The position numbers were made by a program, and so were the translations under genes. Under the pieces are notes generated by a model. It ran no database searches. It had not been told where the DNA came from and saw only the letters and a list, made by a program, of their open reading frames with translations. From the NCBI GenBank assembly GCA_963807505.1, contig CAWECC010000003.1, positions 88,029 through 112,028 of the forward strand: a stretch of 24,000 nt of DNA, in the 5' to 3' direction. Source of the DNA: an uncultured Gammaproteobacteria bacterium. GTDB taxonomy: Bacteria; Pseudomonadota; Gammaproteobacteria; Steroidobacterales; Steroidobacteraceae. How positions within the stretch are numbered: position 1 is the first letter of the stretch; each line of letters opens with the position of its first letter. Of the stretch, positions 18,812 through 24,000 are shown one piece after another.

Positions 18812-20320
18812 CTAGTGTAGATCGTCAAAAAATTCCCGAATGCGATGCAGCAGCGATTGATGGGCACTGTCATCGGTCGCGCGAACGGCCACGGCTCGAT
18901 TGAGAATCGCGAGGCCGCGGCGCGCAGACCGATCAAATTCGGCAGACAAGTCGGAATTTGCCGCGAGCAGGGGCTTTAGGACATGGCAGTCGAGTCCATA
19001 GAGCTTGCAATGCGTGCGAGCTGTGGCCGTGGCCGCATAAGGCGCGCCGGTGAGCAGACTGATTTCACCGATGTAGTCGCCGGCCCCGATAAAGCCGGCC
19101 GTCTGCTGCCCAGAAAGCTCCGTATGTTGGCTGATTTGAAGAATCCCAGAGACGACGATAAAGAGCGTCGCCTCAGTTCCCCCTTGCGCGAAAAGTACCT
19201 CTCCTGGTTCGAGCGATCGCGGTTTTAAGTGGGCCGCCAATTCGGCCAGTTGCTGCGCCTCCAGGACTTCAAAGAGGATGATGTCTTGAAGAAGCGGCAG
19301 CGCTGCGTGAAGTGGCCGCCCCGTACCTTCATCGGCTTTTCGAATATCTTGCACAGTGTGCGGAAAGTAGAGGCCGGAATAGTAAAGTTGCCGCCTTGCA
19401 TGCCTCAGCAGCAGATCTTTGGTCGTTGAAAGGTGTTCAGTATCGGAGACCGAAAAATTCACCCGATATCGGCTTTCCGCCGACCCGAGGCGTGTCAGCA
19501 CGGCGCTGGAGGGTGGCTCCGAAAGAATAGGGGGACATAGCAAGGTGGCTTGTTGAAGCATATCAATGACTTGCTCGGGATTGGAGGTGGCGGGACATGA
19601 GAGCTCTATGAATGCTGAACGAACGCGAGTCGGAAAGCTGCGGTTCACAATATCGGACTTCGCGACCACACTGTTGGGGACAATCGCGACATCGTCGCCA
19701 TCGGTGAGAATGCGAATCGAACGCCAGTTCATCTGCACCACGGTCCCCTCGGTTTTGTCGCCGAGCGAGATACGATCGCCCACATTGAAGGGCGCTTCAA
19801 TGCCGAATGCGATTCCTGCAAACACGTCCGCCAGAGTGTTCTGCAGAGCAAGACCTAGCACGATCGCCAGGACGCCAGAGGTCGCGAGCAAACCGCCAAT
19901 GGGAAGCGCGAGCACGGAAATCAGGACCACCGATACAGCTGCGGTGTAGATGGCGGCGGCGGTGAGATCGGGAAAGAGCCGTGCCTCGCGCCAGCCGCGA
20001 TTGCGATCGAGGGTGAATGACATGACCGCGACGAGCACTCGTGCGCCGAGCAACCACCATATCCCGGCTACGGCATGCAGCCATAGTGAGGCGCCATTAG
20101 CTACCCCGCCGGTCCCCGGCAAGGGAGGAGTTTGATACCGAAAAAGTATGAAGGTCGCGCCGGCAAAACACATGAAGTCAAACAAGTGGCGAACCCGCAA
20201 TGGGAACGGCCGTAGCGCGATGTAGCTGACGAGGACGAAACTCAAGATCAAAACGGGTAATAGAGAGGAAGTCACGGTGCTGTGTCGCCTAATGATGACG
20301 CTTACGCGACGCGCGGGCAC
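18812..20320 (-). CDS. MscS-family mechanosensitive channel fused to a C-terminal cyclic-nucleotide-binding domain (bCNG-type)
   Basis: Intact 502-aa ORF. The MscS pore/beta-domain region reads GGLLATSGVLAIVLGLALQNTLADVFAGIAFGIEAPFNVGDRISL...GTVVQMNWRSIRILTDGDDVAIVPNS. The cNMP-binding fold reads GEVLFAQGGTEATLFIVVSGIL...GDYIGEISLLTG. The start is uncertain (GTG 20320 or a downstream GTG). Confidence 0.85.
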   Translation of the reverse strand: MPARRVSVIIRRHSTVTSSLLPVLILSFVLVSYIALRPFPLRVRHLFDFMCFAGATFILFRYQTPPLPGTGGVANGASLWLHAVAGIWWLLGARVLVAVMSFTLDRNRGWREARLFPDLTAAAIYTAAVSVVLISVLALPIGGLLATSGVLAIVLGLALQNTLADVFAGIAFGIEAPFNVGDRISLGDKTEGTVVQMNWRSIRILTDGDDVAIVPNSVVAKSDIVNRSFPTRVRSAFIELSCPATSNPEQVIDMLQQATLLCPPILSEPPSSAVLTRLGSAESRYRVNFSVSDTEHLSTTKDLLLRHARRQLYYSGLYFPHTVQDIRKADEGTGRPLHAALPLLQDIILFEVLEAQQLAELAAHLKPRSLEPGEVLFAQGGTEATLFIVVSGILQISQHTELSGQQTAGFIGAGDYIGEISLLTGAPYAATATARTHCKLYGLDCHVLKPLLAANSDLSAEFDRSARRGLAILNRAVAVRATDDSAHQSLLHRIREFFDDLH

Positions 20321-20353
20321 ATTATCCTAATGCACCCACCGTTATGCCTATCT

Positions 20354-20376
20354 CCCCCGAAAGGGGGTGCTCCCCC
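20354..20376. repeat. C-run/G-run hairpin, copy 4 (CCCCC-GAAA-GGGGG-TGCT-CCCCC)
   Basis: Read directly from the sequence. It lies in the divergent gap between the MscS start (20320) and the ADC-family start (20463). The G5 run can pair with either flanking C5 run. Confidence 0.6.
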
Positions 20377-20462
20377 AAGTGAGGGATAAGGATTTCTCGG
20401 CGAGAGGCACACAATGACGACACCTTCAGCTGTGACAGTCCTTTCAAAAGGAGTCCACCAAC

Positions 20463-21264
20463 ATGCTTCACGGATTTTCTATTCCTCTCACGCCGCAGGG
20501 CAACTCTGCATTGGCTTCACCGCCTCCCTGGCATTACTCGAGCGACTGCCTCGCCATTGAATATTGGGCCGACCCAGCCGCGGTCGCGGCGCTGTTGCCG
20601 CCCGGCGTGACGCCGGACGAGAAGTCTCTGGGGCGGGCGTTCTTTTGGTTTCTCGACTGGCAGTTCACGGGCTCGAATGATGAGGTCACCGATCCCGCGC
20701 GCTACCAATACCGCGAAGCCTTCGTGCTTGGTCGAGGCCGTCTTTGAGCGCACACCCATCAACTACTGCCCCTACATATTCGTCGACAATGACGCAGCCA
20801 TTGCTCGCGGATGGACGCAAGGCTTTCCCAAGAAACTCGGCAGCATCTACCAAACGCGGACCTTCTCCGCACCCAGTGCCGCAGCCGCTCCGCTCGCGAA
20901 GGGAAGCCGCTTCGGCGCAAGTGTTGCCGCGCATGGCGAGCGATTGGCGACGGCGCGTCTGCAGCTCGAGGAGAAGGTCACCGATCCCGCAAAGGTGTTC
21001 AACCGTCCGACGGTGATGCGCCGATATTTCCCGCAGCTCGCGGCGGCGCGCCAGACGAAGCCACCGGTCGATGAGCTCACGATGTCGCTCACCGACAATC
21101 TGGCCATCGTCGATGTGTGGGCGGGTTCGGCGGAGCTGACGATTCCGGAAGTGCGCGGGGAGGACATGCATTCGATCGCGCCGTTGCGAATCGGGCGAGG
21201 GTATCGGCTCGGTATGGCGTACTCGGTCACCGATCTGCGGATTTTGAAGAACTACGTCGCTTAA
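20463..21264 (+). pseudogene. Acetoacetate decarboxylase (ADC) family protein, frameshifted as read (1 break)
   Basis: AAGGAG lies 9 nt upstream of ATG 20463. The N-terminal part is PPWHYSSDCLAIEYWADP... (ORF 20463..20747). The join YREAFVL|VEAVFERTPINYCPYIFVDNDAAIARGWTQGFPKK at ~20730 is a +1 shift, and the rest lies in ORF 20677..21264. Confidence 0.8.
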
Positions 21265-21310
21265 GGCCAGCCTGCGCGCAGGCGGTCGGGCGGCGTTAGG
21301 AGGCGTTTCG

Positions 21311-21685
21311 ATGCCCTTGTATACGATCACGGCGCAAGCCGGCGTTCTCGATGGTCCTGCCAAGTCAGATTTGGCGGAAAAGCTCACCGCATTTCACGCC
21401 GAGTACGCCGGGGTGCCCAAGAACTGGGTGCATATCGTCTTTCAAGAGTACCCTATCGGAAACGGCTTCACCGCAGGCAGGCCTTCCCCGACGGCGGCCC
21501 TCACACTGCTGATCCGGACCGGACGCTCCGCGGACTATAAGCGGGAGATGCTCAAGCGCCTCTGGTCGTTGGTACAAGCCGCAACCGGCGCGCCGGACGA
21601 GGAGATCGTCTTGGGCATTCAGGAGGTTCCGTCCAGTCAGGCGATGGAAATGGGAAAGATCATGCCCGACATTGAGAACTCCTGA
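21311..21685 (+). CDS. Tautomerase-superfamily protein (N-terminal Pro1 after Met)
   Basis: AGGAGG lies 7 nt upstream of the ATG. The product is 124 aa and starts MPLYTIT (catalytic Pro1 hallmark of the 4-OT/cis-CaaD-type superfamily). It starts 46 nt downstream of the ADC-family gene. Confidence 0.7.
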   Translation: MPLYTITAQAGVLDGPAKSDLAEKLTAFHAEYAGVPKNWVHIVFQEYPIGNGFTAGRPSPTAALTLLIRTGRSADYKREMLKRLWSLVQAATGAPDEEIVLGIQEVPSSQAMEMGKIMPDIENS

Positions 21686-21846
21686 GCGGCCTTCGCGCAT
21701 TGCCAACGGTCCATCGTCATCATCGCCATCACCTGATAGGGGTGAACGTCTACGATGGGTTGCGGCAGGATCATTTCCGTCGCACAGTAACAAATCCGAT
21801 AGTGTTTGCGGCGCCACTTCTTTGCGACGCACAATGGAGGTTTGAG

Positions 21847-23568
21847 ATGGCCAATGTTGCCGACCGAATAGTCGAGATCCTCGAAGCCGCCAATGTGCGC
21901 CGTATCTATGGACTGGTGGGAGATTCGCTCAATGGGATCACCGAATCGCTGCGCGTGCGCGACAAGATCGAGTGGATTGCCGTCAGGCACGAAGAAGTCG
22001 CCGCCTTTGCCGCCGGCGCTCAGGCGCAGCTGACGGGCGAACTCGCCGTATGCGCCGGAAGCTGCGGCCCGGGCAATTTGCACCTGATCAATGGGCTCTT
22101 CGATTGCCATCGCAACCGCGTGCCCGTGGTGGCCATCGCGGCGCATATTCCCAGCACCGAGATTGGTTCCAGCTATTTTCAGGAAACCCATCCGCAATCG
22201 CTCTTCAAGGAATGCAGCCACTATGTCGAGCTGATCTCCGATCCCACTCAGGTACCGAGAATCGTCGAAACGGCGATTCGTGAGGCTGTCGCGAAGCAGG
22301 GCGTCGCGGTCATTGTCATTTCCGGCGATGTCGCCCTGAAGGATGCGGGACCGGTGGCACCCTCTCCCAAGCCGGTATCGCGGTTGCCTCGCGTGTGTGC
22401 GGCCGAGGCGGACATCGAGGACTTGGTCAACTTTCTGGATGGGGGCGAAAGGACGACGTTCCTCTGTGGCGCTGGTTGTGCAGGAGCCCACGATGCCGTG
22501 GTGGCCCTCGCGGCCAAACTCAAGGCGCCCATCGTGCATGCGTTGCGTGGCAAGGAACACGTTGAATGGGACAATCCCTACGATGTGGGAATGACGGGGC
22601 TCATCGGGTTTTCCTCCGGATACCATGCCATGGAGGCTTGCGACACCCTGCTCATGCTCGGCACTGATTTCCCTTATAGGCAGTTCTATCCGACGAAGGC
22701 CCGAATAGCGCAGATCGATATTCGCGGTGAAAATCTCGGGCGACGTTGCCGGCTCGATCTCGGCGTGATTGGAGACTTGCGCGAAGTCCTACCGCGACTG
22801 ACCGAGCGAGTGTCAGCGAGGGCCGACGACTCGCATCTGAGTGCCGCGGTCAGCCACTACTCCAAAGCCCGGAAGGGTCTCGATGATCTCGCGAACGAAC
22901 ATTCGAAACACACACCCATTCACCCGCAGCTCCTCGCGAAGGTGGTGAGCGATCTCGCCAACGAGGATGCGATCTTCGCGTGCGACGTGGGGGAGCCGAC
23001 GGTGTGGGCTGCACGATACCTCAAGATGAACGGCAAGCGCCGGCTGTTGGGCTCATTCCTGCACGGGTCAATGGCCAATGCCATGCCACAAGCCATCGGC
23101 GCGCAATTCGCCATGCCTGACCGGCAGGTCATTTCGATGTCGGGTGATGGCGGTTTTGGGATGCTCATGGGCGATTTGTTGACGATCCGGCAGTCGAAAC
23201 TGCCGATCAAAATCGTCATCTTCAATAATGGACTCCTGGGCTTCGTCAACATCGAGATGAAGGCGGGCGGATTTCTGCCGGTGGGCACGCGGCTCGATAA
23301 TCCGGATTTTGCAAGCATGGCCGAATCCATGGGGATTTACGGTGTGCGCGTGGAGGACCCGGGCCAACTGAAATCAGCGATCTCAACAGCCTTTGCACAG
23401 GAGGGTCCGGCCGTCATCGACGTATTGACCGATCGGCAGGAACTCGTCATGCCACCGGAGATCAAGCTCGAGCAAGCGAAGGGATTCAGTCTATGGATGC
23501 TCAAGGCGGTACTTAATGGCCAGGCGAGCGAAATCGTGAGTGTGGCGAAAACCGCTCTGATCCACTGA
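21847..23568 (+). CDS. poxB: Pyruvate dehydrogenase [ubiquinone] / pyruvate oxidase
   Basis: GGAGG lies 6 nt upstream of ATG 21847, which is internal to track ORF 21700..23568. The intact 573-aa product is very close to E. coli PoxB as I recall it (RHEEVAAFAAGAQAQLTGELAVCAGSCGPGNLHLINGLFDCHRNRVPVVAIAAHIPS..., C-terminal LVMPPEIKLEQAKGFSLWMLKAVLNG). Confidence 0.9.
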   Translation: MANVADRIVEILEAANVRRIYGLVGDSLNGITESLRVRDKIEWIAVRHEEVAAFAAGAQAQLTGELAVCAGSCGPGNLHLINGLFDCHRNRVPVVAIAAHIPSTEIGSSYFQETHPQSLFKECSHYVELISDPTQVPRIVETAIREAVAKQGVAVIVISGDVALKDAGPVAPSPKPVSRLPRVCAAEADIEDLVNFLDGGERTTFLCGAGCAGAHDAVVALAAKLKAPIVHALRGKEHVEWDNPYDVGMTGLIGFSSGYHAMEACDTLLMLGTDFPYRQFYPTKARIAQIDIRGENLGRRCRLDLGVIGDLREVLPRLTERVSARADDSHLSAAVSHYSKARKGLDDLANEHSKHTPIHPQLLAKVVSDLANEDAIFACDVGEPTVWAARYLKMNGKRRLLGSFLHGSMANAMPQAIGAQFAMPDRQVISMSGDGGFGMLMGDLLTIRQSKLPIKIVIFNNGLLGFVNIEMKAGGFLPVGTRLDNPDFASMAESMGIYGVRVEDPGQLKSAISTAFAQEGPAVIDVLTDRQELVMPPEIKLEQAKGFSLWMLKAVLNGQASEIVSVAKTALIH

Positions 23569-23905
23569 TCGGCCACCCAGTGGGAACGCTACATATGGGC
23601 AATCCAATCAAGTTCATGCACATCGCCCGGATTCTAAATGGAGCACCGGCATGAGCTCAAACCCGACGATCAGCCCACCGGCGCCCGTGCTCCATCCTGA
23701 AGTGATAGGCGATCGCTTCGAAGGAGCGAAAGACGCCGAGGGCCGTCCATTGGCGCACGGCTGACAACGCTGCTAGGTGACGGGGATGACGACCGCCTCC
23801 GCAAGAGCTCGAGGCGCAAGCGGATGAGAAACCAGTCGAGCTGCGATTCCAGGCCTTGGCGAGCGGGTTACACAGGAACTTTTTTAGCTGGTTGGAGCGT
23901 CTTCG

Positions 23906-24000
23906 ATGATTGGTCGAAACATCTTGATGTACTTCCCATGGAGCCGCCCGGACGAGGAGGGCGCTCCTCTTGGCATCCTGGACAATCGGTTCGGGACGCT
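23906..24000 (+). CDS. Possible 5' end of an unidentified gene running off the window (MIGRNILMYFPWSRPDEEGAPLGILDNRFGT...)
   Basis: GGAG lies 8 nt upstream of ATG 23906 and the frame is open to the window end. I recognise no family, and competing open frames exist on both strands. Confidence 0.2.
   Translation, partial: MIGRNILMYFPWSRPDEEGAPLGILDNRFGT

Noticed and set aside
21271-21282. 12-nt palindrome CCTGCGCGCAGG just after the ADC-family stop
   Set aside because: It is too short and has no loop, so it cannot form a stable hairpin. CG-rich palindromes of this size are common by chance in this composition, and no U-tract follows.
7268-23568. The two PoxB-family genes as a recent segmental duplication or assembly repeat
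   Set aside because: The proteins differ at roughly half of the compared positions, and there is no nucleotide-level repeat or shared flanks. They are old paralogues.
1-24000. Programmed +1 ribosomal frameshifting, transcriptional slippage or genuine genome decay as the explanation for the frame breaks
   Set aside because: There is no shared slippery or stimulatory motif at the junctions, and most are not in long homopolymers. The breaks hit unrelated genes at a uniform density. I saw no stops, deletions or IS elements of the kind that accompany real decay. Recoding at about one site per kb has no precedent in bacteria. This is kept only as the alternative that read-level data would have to support.

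Overview
GC-rich bacterial chromosomal segment. On reading both strands I saw no rRNA/tRNA genes, CRISPR array, transposase/integrase, phage genes or recognisable defence genes.

Gene content, left to right:
- 3' part of a multi-haem cytochrome c subunit of a membrane-bound dehydrogenase
- a divergent AraC-family regulator
- cyoABCDE (cytochrome bo3 ubiquinol oxidase plus haem O synthase)
- a small lower-GC hypothetical gene
- a divergent PoxB-like TPP/FAD enzyme
- a translationally coupled pqiA(half)-pqiA(half)-pqiB-pqiC envelope lipid-transport operon, plus a small YqjE/holin-like membrane protein
- on the minus strand, a ytcA-MFP-FUSC-OMF (MdtNOP-type) efflux operon
- an alpha/beta-hydrolase of the non-haem chloroperoxidase type
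- an MscS channel fused to a cyclic-nucleotide-binding domain
- an acetoacetate-decarboxylase-family gene, a Pro1 tautomerase and an orthodox poxB

The dominant unusual signal is not a new system. Twelve of about 23 genes cannot be read in one frame. I count at least 19 frame breaks. Eighteen are of the same kind (+1, one extra base in the gene's own direction). They are scattered at roughly one per kb, with no premature stops and no missing residues at the joins. I interpret this as most likely consensus insertion error rather than biology, but it needs read-level checking. These genes are labelled pseudogene 'as read'.

The only recurrent non-genic signal is a family of C-run/G-run hairpins confined to inter-operon gaps. 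I did not find a convincing previously undescribed multi-gene system. The most plausible candidates for follow-up are the hairpin family, the ADC-tautomerase(-PoxB) cassette and the unassigned last ~430 nt.
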